Shown: piece by piece, positions 36,520 through 44,499 of the stretch
How positions within the stretch are numbered: the first letter of the stretch is position 1
Layout of the letters: every line of letters starts with the position of its first letter
NCBI GenBank assembly: GCA_934277945.1
Contig: CAKQWA010000005.1
Location: 7,022-71,021, forward strand
From: an uncultured Alphaproteobacteria bacterium
GTDB taxonomy: Bacteria > Pseudomonadota > Alphaproteobacteria > CAAGCB01 > CAG-977
DNA length: 64,000 nucleotides
Reading direction: 5' to 3'
Translations under genes and position numbers: made by a program
Notes under the pieces: generated by a model
Told to the model about the DNA's origin: nothing
Databases searched by the model: none
The model's input: only the letters and a program-made list of their open reading frames with translations

Positions 36520-37475
36520 AGCGGCGTACTCCCCGAATACGACCCGCTTTTCACTCCGAACGACACGACCGTTCCGGCACGCACGGCGTTCTGTTTGTCG
36601 CGTTCCCATGTCCGCACAGCCGCTTTCCAGTCTTTCATCGGGTTTTTTCCGACAAACCAGCCTTTCGCCGTGTAAAAGTCCACGAACCGCTCCGCATCGA
36701 CCGAATAGCCTTGTTCGGCTATGTAGGCTTGCGCTTCCTCAACGGTCGGAGGAACAAAAACGCCGTTTTTGGCTTTGGGGGTACAAACACTTGTGTTTGT
36801 GGGGGTATATGTATTTTTATTTTTTTCTTCTTCTGGGGGTGCAGGGGGTATCTTTTCTTTTTTTCTTTTTGTGAACGTGTTCGCATCGCTTCGCATACAT
36901 TCGCATTTCGTTTTGTGCGTTTGCATATTTTCGCATTCGTCCGTATCCGTTCGCATTTCGTTTTGTGCGTTCGCATCTTTTGGCATACGGTCGCATTTTT
37001 CGATATGCGTTTCTATGCGTTCGCATACGTTCGCATCGTCTTTTATGCAATCGCATTCGTCCGTATCCGTTCGCATTTCGTTTTGTGCGTTCGCATCTTT
37101 TGGCATACGGTCGCATTTTTCGATATGCGTTTCTATGCGTTCGCATACGTTCGCATCGTCTTTTATGCAATCGCATTGAAGCGCATCGCTTCGCATTTCG
37201 TTTTGTGCGGGCGCGTCCGCGTTTTTGCTTTCGCATCGCTCCGCATTCGACCAGCGGGCAGCCGCCGATCCGCGCGCTTTTTCCGTGCGTTCGCAAAATG
37301 CCGAATACTCTTTTTCCAGTTGCGAACTGAAAAAATCCCACATCGGAACGTTTTTGACTTCGTAATCGGGGTATCCGGCAATCCCTTTTAAAACTTCCGC
37401 CGCCTGTTCACTGGTAAGCGTCGCAAAAAGCGGCAGCCAATCCCGATAGACGCGCGGTGCAAACTGTTTAGCCAT
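36516..37475 (-). CDS. replication initiator / replisome organiser containing the origin iterons
   Basis: Start taken at MAKQFAP (ATG 37475, RBS AAAGGA). The central part encodes repeated NAQNEMRTDTDECDCIKDDANVCERIETHIEKCDRMPKDA. C-terminus is PPTVEEAQAYIAEQGYSVDAERFVDFYTAKGWFVGKNPMKDWKAAVRTW. Confidence 0.6.
   Translation of the reverse strand: MAKQFAPRVYRDWLPLFATLTSEQAAEVLKGIAGYPDYEVKNVPMWDFFSSQLEKEYSAFCERTEKARGSAAARWSNAERCESKNADAPAQNEMRSDALQCDCIKDDANVCERIETHIEKCDRMPKDANAQNEMRTDTDECDCIKDDANVCERIETHIEKCDRMPKDANAQNEMRTDTDECENMQTHKTKCECMRSDANTFTKRKKEKIPPAPPEEEKNKNTYTPTNTSVCTPKAKNGVFVPPTVEEAQAYIAEQGYSVDAERFVDFYTAKGWFVGKNPMKDWKAAVRTWERDKQNAVRAGTVVSFGVKSGSYSGSTPL
36881..37236. repeat. origin-like iteron field: 18 exact TCGCAT in 10-bp register, including a perfect 2 x 120-bp tandem repeat (36931-37050 and 37051-37170)
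   Basis: TCGCAT starts at 36881, 36891, 36901, 36931, 36951, 36971, 36991, 37021, 37031, 37051, 37071, 37091, 37111, 37141, 37151, 37171, 37191 and 37231, all congruent modulo 10. Confidence 0.85.
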
Positions 37476-37479
37476 TTTA

Positions 37480-37851
37480 TCAAATCCTTTGCTGTTTGAT
37501 GAAATCGACGCAATCGTCAACCGACCGCCAGACCAGATAAATCTGTCCGGCGGTTTCGAGTTGTTTCTGAAATTCTTTTTGTTCGGGCGATTGCTTGCCC
37601 GTTGCCGTCTTCATTTCGACAAAATAAACACGGTTTTTGAAAACGAAGATAAGATCGGGCTGTCCTTTTGTGTATCCCATTTCTTTGTGATGGTTGATAA
37701 AGGCGTAACGCCGCCTGTCCGCGTCCGTGAAAAACTTCAAACCGTCCATCACGTCCGAACCGATTATCGTACAGCCGGCAATCCGCAAAAGGCGAACAAT
37801 CGCCTTTTGCGTGTCATGCTCTTTGATTGTAAAGCCCGTTATCTTCGCCAT
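37480..37851 (-). CDS. VRR-NUC domain nuclease
   Basis: PD-(D/E)xK core GQPDLIFVF...VYFVEMK. 123 aa. Confidence 0.8.
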   Translation of the reverse strand: MAKITGFTIKEHDTQKAIVRLLRIAGCTIIGSDVMDGLKFFTDADRRRYAFINHHKEMGYTKGQPDLIFVFKNRVYFVEMKTATGKQSPEQKEFQKQLETAGQIYLVWRSVDDCVDFIKQQRI

Positions 37852-37853
37852 GC

Positions 37854-38729
37854 TTACGATCTGTCGGCTTGATTACCCAAAAACACGGGCAATTCCGTTT
37901 CGTACTTGATGTCTTCAATCATGCCTTTGACGGCGGCTTCGGTGCTTTCTTCCAGGCGGTGCAGTTCATATTGCCAATACACCGCCCCGTCTTTAAGGCG
38001 AAAACGGATTTGCGCGGGCAGGCTGTAATAGGATTTCCCGTTCTTGTACATCGGGATTGCAATCATGAACAGCGACGGAACGTCAATGTTCTCATCGTCC
38101 TCCTCATACTTGATTGTCCGCGCTCCCGTGCTTCTGTTATATTTAACCGTCGCTTTTTGCCCGCGCGAAACGTCAATGCCCCGTCCCAGTTCAAGCATTT
38201 GCGTCGGCGTGGCAAAACGTCCGCCCAATAATGTGCGCAGTTTTTTTGTTTCTTCCGCCAGGTTGCTTTCGTCCGCTTCCATAAAATCCAAACAACGCTT
38301 TTCCAGCAAAGCGGCAAACTCCGTCTGATCCAGCCATTCTTCGTTATGTTCCGCCCAAAATTCCAGCTCATCGCTGGTCTTGGCACGATAAGTCGCACCA
38401 TGCTTGCGCCAACGCGGCGATTTTTCCGCACCGCCTTTGTCAAAATCGAACACGGCGACAAAGCGGTTGTCCGTTTCGTCAAAGAAGATTGCGCTGTCCG
38501 CATCTTTAAAGCGGTTGACGTATGCACAAAAACTTTCTTGCGAATGCAGTTCCGCGTACCCTTTTAGTTCGCGCGGCGCTGGTTGCAGGCGTTCCGTAAT
38601 CTCGGAAATATCCAAGGAGGAAAGTTCTCGCGGGTAAAAGACAATTTTTCGCCCGTCAACTTCGACCGTTTTCGGTTCGTGCAGTTCGGCGATGATGGAG
38701 TTCAATGCTTCAATGTTAATATCGTTCAT
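37854..38729 (-). CDS. DUF2303 (YfdQ-like) prophage protein
   Basis: 291 aa. Recalled resemblance to Rac YfdQ-type proteins (FCAYVNRFKD...FVAVFD...WRKH). Not searched. Confidence 0.5.
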   Translation of the reverse strand: MNDINIEALNSIIAELHEPKTVEVDGRKIVFYPRELSSLDISEITERLQPAPRELKGYAELHSQESFCAYVNRFKDADSAIFFDETDNRFVAVFDFDKGGAEKSPRWRKHGATYRAKTSDELEFWAEHNEEWLDQTEFAALLEKRCLDFMEADESNLAEETKKLRTLLGGRFATPTQMLELGRGIDVSRGQKATVKYNRSTGARTIKYEEDDENIDVPSLFMIAIPMYKNGKSYYSLPAQIRFRLKDGAVYWQYELHRLEESTEAAVKGMIEDIKYETELPVFLGNQADRS

Positions 38730-38743
38730 AATGTTTATTCCTT

Positions 38744-39091
38744 TTATGCTTGGGTAATGACGCGCGGCATTTCTTTGACTTCCGCCAGCGGCAGTTTCAT
38801 TTGGTTCGGGTTTTCGGTAATCAGATTGTCTTCGTCGTTCTTGTAGTAAATCGACTTGCGGCGTGGCTGAACGGGCAAAGTCGATTTTGTCTTTGCCAGA
38901 ACATAAAAAACGCCCTGTTCGTTCACAATGTCCAACGTGATGGATAATGTACCGCGCGCCGTCTTGGACGTACCGTCCTCAACTTGCTTGCCGACGGCTT
39001 TGACAATTTTTTGCAGTTCGTCGGTTAAATCGACCTCTAACTGCCCGTTTTCCAGATTTTCCAGTAAATCCGTGATACTTTTGACTTCCAT
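38744..39091 (-). CDS. hypothetical early protein
   Basis: 115 aa, second gene of the leftward early operon. Confidence 0.4.
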   Translation of the reverse strand: MEVKSITDLLENLENGQLEVDLTDELQKIVKAVGKQVEDGTSKTARGTLSITLDIVNEQGVFYVLAKTKSTLPVQPRRKSIYYKNDEDNLITENPNQMKLPLAEVKEMPRVITQA

Positions 39092-39094
39092 GGT

Positions 39095-39274
39095 CTAATC
39101 CTCCTGTTTGGTTTTTGTTTCTGCGTAATCCGATATGGTCTGAATGCGCCAGTTCGGTATTTTTCCCTTTCGTCGCCACGCATAGACTGTCTGTTCGGGA
39201 GTTCCAGTTTGCTTGGCAAACGCCCGTACAAAGCCGTCCGACGACAACAATTTCAAGGCTTCCTCGTTTGTCAT
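39095..39274 (-). CDS. Cro/Ner-like small HTH regulator (not in the ORF track, 59 aa)
   Basis: Translates as MTNEEALKLLSSDGFVRAFAKQTGTPEQTVYAWRRKGKIPNWRIQTISDYAETKTKQED. RBS is AAAGGAGG. Divergent from the CI-like gene. Confidence 0.6.
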   Translation of the reverse strand: MTNEEALKLLSSDGFVRAFAKQTGTPEQTVYAWRRKGKIPNWRIQTISDYAETKTKQED

Positions 39275-39293
39275 AACGCCTCCTTTCAGAAAC

Positions 39294-39385
39294 TTATGTT
39301 AATCATAATTAAATTAATTGTAAAGTTTTTAAATTATGATTTTCAAAATATATTTTTAACCAAAAGCCGTTTATGATATTCATAA
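39294..39385. promoter_or_regulatory. immunity-region operators (TTATG-N5-CATAA) and leftward early promoter
   Basis: Sites at 39294-39308 (TTATGttaatCATAA), 39334-39348 (TTATGattttCAAAA) and 39371-39385 (TTATGatattCATAA). A minus-strand promoter TTTACA-N17-TAACAT (39324-39296) overlaps the first site. Confidence 0.6.
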
Positions 39386-39396
39386 CGAGGTGAAAC

Positions 39397-40086
39397 ATGA
39401 GCAAATACGCATTTATCAAAGAGTTACTTAAAAAGCAGGGGAAAACACAGCGGGAGTTAGCCGCTTACTTAGGGATTGAACCTGAAAAGTTAAACTTATC
39501 CTTGACGGCGGGAAAAAGAGAGTTTCAGCAAAATGAAATTTTTCCGACTGCCGATTTTCTCGGAATTGATCGCGAGGCTTTTATGTTGTATGTCGCTGGT
39601 GGAACGGATAAAATCCCGCCGCAAAAAAGTTCTGTAAAATCCAAAGAAAGCGCTCAATTAAAACGAAAAGACGTTATAGAAATCGAAATTTTTAGCGCGA
39701 CAGCCTGCTGCGGCAACGGGATTGACAATGACGAAGACAATGTCGTCGGCTTGTGGCAAATTCCGACAGATGAATTTCGTGAAATCACTCATGCAAACCC
39801 GCAACAGATTAAAATGCTCCGAGTTTCTGGTGATTCCATGGAGAGAACCTTATATAACGGCGATTGGGTGCTGGTTGATATTTCGAGGAATTACCTTGAC
39901 AGCGACGGATTGTACCTTATCAAAAAGACAACCGCCCTTGCTGTCAAGCGTCTTCAAACGACTGTCAGCGGTGATGTGTTAATCAAATCTGATAATGAAA
40001 AATATGATACGGAAAAAGAACCTGTTCAGAATATCACCATTATCGGAAAAGTTATTTACACATTAAAAGCGGAAAAGGTAGGCTAA
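39397..40086 (+). CDS. CI-like repressor, HTH plus S24 (LexA-type) autopeptidase
   Basis: N-terminal HTH QGKTQRELAAYLGI. C-terminal GDSMERT...AVKRL Ser/Lys dyad. 229 aa. Confidence 0.85.
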   Translation: MSKYAFIKELLKKQGKTQRELAAYLGIEPEKLNLSLTAGKREFQQNEIFPTADFLGIDREAFMLYVAGGTDKIPPQKSSVKSKESAQLKRKDVIEIEIFSATACCGNGIDNDEDNVVGLWQIPTDEFREITHANPQQIKMLRVSGDSMERTLYNGDWVLVDISRNYLDSDGLYLIKKTTALAVKRLQTTVSGDVLIKSDNEKYDTEKEPVQNITIIGKVIYTLKAEKVG

Positions 40087-40087
40087 A

Positions 40088-40420
40088 ATGAAAAAAATTA
40101 TAGCCTTGCTTTCTCTTTTTTTGTCATCTTGCTCAACGGTTGCTGTATATGATTATGGGTATTCGCCAAAAAAAGCGGATGAAGTGCAAGTATATTCATC
40201 AACGCGCCCTGATTGCACCTATAAGGAAATAGCAAAAATATACGATGATGGATGTTGGCTTGGCATTAACAGAGCCATACTTTGGGGAAAGAAAAAGGCG
40301 GCTGAAATAGGGGGAGATTTTATAGTGATCAGAGATCATTGCGGACAACGATTTGATGCAACTGTTTTTGTATGCCAGGAAAAAGGAAAGAAATCTGAAA
40401 AAATTTTTATTGAAAAATGA
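40088..40420 (+). CDS. prophage-encoded lipoprotein (candidate superinfection exclusion or moron)
   Basis: Signal peptide plus lipobox MKKIIALLSLFLSSC. Starts 1 nt after the cI stop. AT-rich. Confidence 0.7.
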   Translation: MKKIIALLSLFLSSCSTVAVYDYGYSPKKADEVQVYSSTRPDCTYKEIAKIYDDGCWLGINRAILWGKKKAAEIGGDFIVIRDHCGQRFDATVFVCQEKGKKSEKIFIEK

Positions 40421-40579
40421 CGTTTTTGATTAACTGTATGTTGTGTCTGCGCCTATTTTTTTCTTAAAAAAGTTGCTTTAATGTTATTTAATTTGATGTA
40501 CAAATTTTAGGGTAATTTTTCTGTTTTTGACAATGACTGTTGCGTCCAATATGTCGGGACGCTTAGGCAGAATCATCGT

Positions 40580-40603
40580 CCCCGCTGTTTGCGGGGATTT
40601 TTT
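40580..40603 (+). terminator. intrinsic terminator downstream of the cI-lipoprotein operon
   Basis: CCCCGC-tgttt-GCGGGG followed by ATTTTTTG. Confidence 0.7.
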
Positions 40604-40620
40604 GTTGCCATAATCTTAAA

Positions 40621-40672
40621 TTATGATTTTTATAATTTTTGTATTGACATTAAATTATGATTATCATAATAT
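40621..40672 (+). promoter_or_regulatory. rightward early promoter with two operator copies
   Basis: TTGACA (40644-40649), 17-nt spacer, TAATAT (40667-40672). Operators are TTATGattttTATAA (40621-40635) and the perfect palindrome TTATGattatCATAA (40655-40669). Confidence 0.6.
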
Positions 40673-40711
40673 CCTTGTCAGTTCACCAAAACAGATAAGG
40701 AACAAATACCA

Positions 40712-41590
40712 ATGAACGATATGATTATCATTGAGGACAAAACCGACTTTTCGATGAAGGTTGATTTTGCCAAAGCGGAAGAATGGGCGCGCGGACTTTG
40801 CGCCAAATATCAAGGCTTGGTCATCAGCGAAAACGACGTTGTTTCCATCAAAAAGGAAATGGCGGAACTGAACAAATATGCCAAAGACGTTGACGAAAGC
40901 CGCAAAGCGATTGAAAAAAAGTACAAGGAATTGATTGCGCCTTACGTCGATAAAATCAAAGGCGTCAAACAGATTTTCGACGATACCTACAAATCGTTAA
41001 GCGATCAGGTCAAAGCCTTTGAAGCCGCCGAACTGAAAAAACGCCGCGACGAATTGAAAAAACTAATTGATACGGTCATCGCCGAAAACGATATGGAAGC
41101 ATACCGCGCCGACTTCGCCGTTCGTGAAAAGTGGCTGAAAAAATCGACTTCGGACAAAAGCGTCATCGCCGATTTGAGCGAAATTGTCGAACGCGTCAAA
41201 GAACGCATTGCCGGGGAAGCCGAACGCCAACGCTTAAAGCAGGAACGTATCGAAGCGATTATGCAGGAAGCAAAGCGGCTGAAAGAAGAATACCCCGAAA
41301 GTAAAGCCGACAGCGAACAAAAAATTTCTTGGGCAATAACCTCCAACTTGCCATTGAAAGAAGTTTTGTACCGTATGCGCGCATTAACGGAAGACACGGA
41401 AAAAGCGGTTCGCATGGGACTTGTATATCGCGCGCCGGTTGACAAAGCCGTGCCTCAACCGACGGCGGACACAACGCAATATCTTTTCAAAATCAAAACG
41501 CTTGTCATCGGTCGTGAAAACGCGCTGCGGGTCAAAGACCTGTTCACGCAAATCAAGGCGATTGCGCAGACTTTTGAAAACATTGACTGA
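40712..41590 (+). CDS. coiled-coil protein, first gene of the recombination module (DUF1351-like?)
   Basis: 292 aa, Lys/Glu-rich and helical. Precedes the exonuclease and RecT genes. Confidence 0.4.
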   Translation: MNDMIIIEDKTDFSMKVDFAKAEEWARGLCAKYQGLVISENDVVSIKKEMAELNKYAKDVDESRKAIEKKYKELIAPYVDKIKGVKQIFDDTYKSLSDQVKAFEAAELKKRRDELKKLIDTVIAENDMEAYRADFAVREKWLKKSTSDKSVIADLSEIVERVKERIAGEAERQRLKQERIEAIMQEAKRLKEEYPESKADSEQKISWAITSNLPLKEVLYRMRALTEDTEKAVRMGLVYRAPVDKAVPQPTADTTQYLFKIKTLVIGRENALRVKDLFTQIKAIAQTFENID

Positions 41591-41604
41591 CAAAGGAAAA
41601 CATT

Positions 41605-42453
41605 ATGGACAACATTCAACTTTTGAATAACGACGACGCGTATTTCGCCTACAAAGCCTTATCCGCGTCCCAAATCAAACAATACGACCACGGGGCTTAT
41701 AATTTCTGGAAAACGTCCTGTTTCAATCCAGACAAGCCGGAAGAAAAGGAAACAGACGCGCTTGTATTCGGGAAACTGACGCATTGCCTTTTGCTTGAAC
41801 CGGACGAAGCGGACAGCCGCTTTGTCGTGCAGGATTTCGGCAAGTCGCGCAAAAACAAGGAATACGACAAGGTAAAATCTCTTTTCCCGAACAAATGCGT
41901 CGTGTCGCCCGCGGAAATGGAAAGGGCGCGGAAAATGATTGCCAAAATCCGCGAACACAAGTTGGCGAATTTGATTTTCGACGGCGGCAAGTGCGAAGTG
42001 CCGTTTGTTTGGACTGATGAGGAAACGGGACTGGAATGCAAGATGAAAGCCGACGCCATCAAGCGCATTTCCGGCGGTCGTCTGCTGATTGTGGATTACA
42101 AAACGTCGTCCGATATTTCGTCCGTGCTTCGCTGGCCCGAAAAACTCGGCTATCCGTTGCAAGAAGCATTTTACCGCATGGGCATTGCCAAAAAGTTCGA
42201 TATGCCGCCGGAACTGGTGGACTTTGTTTTCGTACTTCAATCCAACATTGAAGGCGAGGAAGACGTGATTTGCGTCGCGGGCTGCGATTATGAAACGCAA
42301 AACACGGCGGCGGACATCGTGCGTCAGCACATCAACGCCATCGCCGAACGACTGAACGCGTGGAACGACAGCCGCGATCCGGACATCTTCGCCGCGTATC
42401 CCGCGAAAGAAACAATGAGATATTCCAACTGGTATTTGCAAAGAGGAGAATAA
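41605..42453 (+). CDS. PD-(D/E)xK exonuclease (RecE/DUF3799-like)
   Basis: LVFGKLTHCLLLEP...CKMKADAI...LLIVDYKTSSD motifs. Immediately upstream of recT. Confidence 0.7.
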   Translation: MDNIQLLNNDDAYFAYKALSASQIKQYDHGAYNFWKTSCFNPDKPEEKETDALVFGKLTHCLLLEPDEADSRFVVQDFGKSRKNKEYDKVKSLFPNKCVVSPAEMERARKMIAKIREHKLANLIFDGGKCEVPFVWTDEETGLECKMKADAIKRISGGRLLIVDYKTSSDISSVLRWPEKLGYPLQEAFYRMGIAKKFDMPPELVDFVFVLQSNIEGEEDVICVAGCDYETQNTAADIVRQHINAIAERLNAWNDSRDPDIFAAYPAKETMRYSNWYLQRGE

Positions 42454-42456
42454 ACC

Positions 42457-43350
42457 ATGACACAAGAAATCACGCAAAAGAAATCCGACACCGTCGCCGA
42501 TTTTATCGGGACGCTTTCCGGCGGCTGGGCAAAAGTGCTGCCGAACGTCTGCACGCCGAAACGTTTTGCCCGCGTCGCCATTACCTGCATGAAAAAAAAT
42601 CCCAAACTTTTGGAAGCCATGAAAACAGGCGAGGGCAAGCAGTCGTTGGCGGAAGCGTTCATGCGCTGCGCCGAACTCGGCATCGAACCGGACGGCAGAC
42701 GCGCTTATCTGATTCCGTACAAAGACAACAAAACACAAGAATATACGATTAATCTGATTTTCGACTACAAGGGCATTGTCGAACTGGCAATGCGTTCGGG
42801 TATGATTTCGTCAATCCACGCGGACAAAGTCTGCGAAAACGACGAATTTGAATACAACATCGGCGAAATCGTCAAACACAAAATCGACTTCCGCAATGAG
42901 CGCGGCGAAGCATACGCCTATTACACCGTCGTTACGTTCAAAGACGGCACGAAAAAGACGGAAGTCATGTCGAAATTCGAGGTTGAACAAATCAAAGAAC
43001 GTTCCAGCGCGTGGGTGTCTTTTAAAAAATACGGAAAAATCTGCCCGTGGAATACGGACTATGACGAAATGGCGAAAAAAACCGTTTTCAAGCGCGCGTC
43101 GAAATGGCTGCCTCTGTCGGCGGAAGCAAAACAGGCAATCGACATTGACAACGACAATGAAACGGATTTTCCGACCTATACCGTTGACAACAGAACGCCT
43201 GAACAGATGTACGCCCCCGTTGAGGACGACGGCATCATCGACGCGCAATGCGCCGTTGTCGAAGAAGAACCCGAAACGGTCAAGACTTTGCCGACCACCG
43301 CGGATACCGCGCAGACACGGCAGGAACAGCCCGAAAGAATGGTCGTTTGA
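42457..43350 (+). CDS. recT: RecT-family single-strand annealing protein
   Basis: KRFARVAITCMKKNPKLLE...GIEPDGRRAYLIPY...FDYKGIVELA...KKTVFKRASKWLPLS. Confidence 0.85.
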   Translation: MTQEITQKKSDTVADFIGTLSGGWAKVLPNVCTPKRFARVAITCMKKNPKLLEAMKTGEGKQSLAEAFMRCAELGIEPDGRRAYLIPYKDNKTQEYTINLIFDYKGIVELAMRSGMISSIHADKVCENDEFEYNIGEIVKHKIDFRNERGEAYAYYTVVTFKDGTKKTEVMSKFEVEQIKERSSAWVSFKKYGKICPWNTDYDEMAKKTVFKRASKWLPLSAEAKQAIDIDNDNETDFPTYTVDNRTPEQMYAPVEDDGIIDAQCAVVEEEPETVKTLPTTADTAQTRQEQPERMVV

Positions 43351-43407
43351 CAGGGATAACGCGGGCGTTTCCTTTCGGAACGCCCGCCGACAAAACAGGA
43401 TTTGCAC

Positions 43408-43575
43408 ATGGAACAGGAACTTATCACCGCGCTGAAAAAAGCGATTACATACCTGAAAACGGGCTTTTGCGACGAACAGGCGATTGCCGAACTCGCCGAA
43501 ATGGTCAAACAGGCGGAAGAACACGCACATACTCCCGCCGTTGTTGAAATTGAACACATGGGAACAATCGAATGA
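43408..43575 (+). CDS. small hypothetical protein (55 aa, not in the track)
   Basis: Translates as MEQELITALKKAITYLKTGF.... Its stop overlaps the next ATG (ATGA). Confidence 0.3.
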   Translation: MEQELITALKKAITYLKTGFCDEQAIAELAEMVKQAEEHAHTPAVVEIEHMGTIE

Positions 43576-43757
43576 AACAACAAGAAATTAACGCGGTTAT
43601 CGCCGCCGTCCGATATGAAGACGTTATGGCGCACATCAAAGCCGCTGTCAAAACAATGGAAGAAAATCAAAGCGCGCTTGAAGTCGCCAAAGCCGCCCGC
43701 GAACTCCGCGCTTTCGCGACCGTTATGCTCCATAAAATCGAAAGGAACGAACAATGA
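43572..43757 (+). CDS. small hypothetical protein
   Basis: 61 aa, translationally coupled on both sides. Confidence 0.35.
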   Translation: MKQQEINAVIAAVRYEDVMAHIKAAVKTMEENQSALEVAKAARELRAFATVMLHKIERNEQ

Positions 43758-44110
43758 ACGACAGATTTAAGTTTCGAGCTTACGACCCCGTAAAGAAGAC
43801 GTATTACTATGACGACTTTTATATTATGTGCGACGGCACGGGCGCGATTTATACGCCGCTTGAAGAGGGCGAAGACGAAGACCGCCTGATCATTGAGCAA
43901 TGCACCGGCTTAAAGGACAAAAACGGGCGGATGATTTTCGAGGGAGATATTGTCAAAGTCTATTCGATAACAGGCGTTATTGTTCGTGATGAATACGGTT
44001 TTCTTTTTAAAATGGGGGACGTTCGCGAGCCATTGCGTCATTTTGACAATGCCAAAAAAACGTTTGAAGTCGTCGGCGACGTACACACATGGGGAAAGAG
44101 GGGGAGATGA
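43754..44110 (+). CDS. YopX-family protein
   Basis: KFRAYD...QCTGLKDKNGRMIFEGDIVK...FEVVGDVH pattern. Confidence 0.7.
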   Translation: MNDRFKFRAYDPVKKTYYYDDFYIMCDGTGAIYTPLEEGEDEDRLIIEQCTGLKDKNGRMIFEGDIVKVYSITGVIVRDEYGFLFKMGDVREPLRHFDNAKKTFEVVGDVHTWGKRGR

Positions 44111-44223
44111 AAAACCTTAAATATATAGGCTATGCAATCCCCGTTATTTGCGCCTATCACGGTGACATTTTCAGTTCGTTGGTTGCGTTTTTTATCGTTT
44201 CTTTAATGATAGAGGATAGGTGA
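44107..44223 (+). CDS. 38-aa hydrophobic peptide (not in the track)
   Basis: Translates as MKNLKYIGYAIPVICAYHGDIFSSLVAFFIVSLMIEDR. ATGA-coupled to the yopX-like gene, with a GGGGAG RBS. Confidence 0.3.
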   Translation: MKNLKYIGYAIPVICAYHGDIFSSLVAFFIVSLMIEDR

Positions 44224-44227
44224 AAAA

Positions 44228-44494
44228 ATGGCAGTTATTGATTTTACTGTCGTCAAGAAAAAGTATTGCCGCCATGAGCGCATAGAAGTCGACGAGTATC
44301 AAGAAACGGTCGAGTGCGCAGACTGCGGCGCGATTTTATCCCCTTTTCACGTTCTTTTGAGAATTGCAAAGGGGCAAGATCGCAAACGTTATCTTGACGA
44401 AGATGGGCGGCGTATAAAAGCGGAAATCGCCGGTGCGAAAAGAGAACTTGAACGCTTAAAACAACAAATCAGATATTGCGAGAATAAAGGATAG
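44228..44494 (+). CDS. hypothetical zinc-ribbon/coiled-coil protein
   Basis: CRHE...CADCG, then a charged helix. 88 aa. Confidence 0.4.
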   Translation: MAVIDFTVVKKKYCRHERIEVDEYQETVECADCGAILSPFHVLLRIAKGQDRKRYLDEDGRRIKAEIAGAKRELERLKQQIRYCENKG

Positions 44495-44499
44495 TATAA

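Noticed and set aside
35483-37236. CRISPR array
   Set aside because: The repeats are 6-10 bp phased motifs and a 120-bp tandem duplication. They are not 25-40 bp repeats with unique spacers, and there are no cas genes.
36711-37391. Cluster of overlapping ORFs in several frames on both strands (for example 36711-37391, 36817-37341, 36965-37330)
   Set aside because: The TCGCAT iteron field contains few stop triplets in any frame. Only the minus-strand frame continuous with the initiator's N- and C-terminal domains is credible.
43364-43390. 9-bp perfect hairpin (GCGGGCGTT...AACGCCCGC) after recT as a terminator
   Set aside because: There is no T-tract on either strand. It may be an RNA stability element, but there is no evidence for termination.
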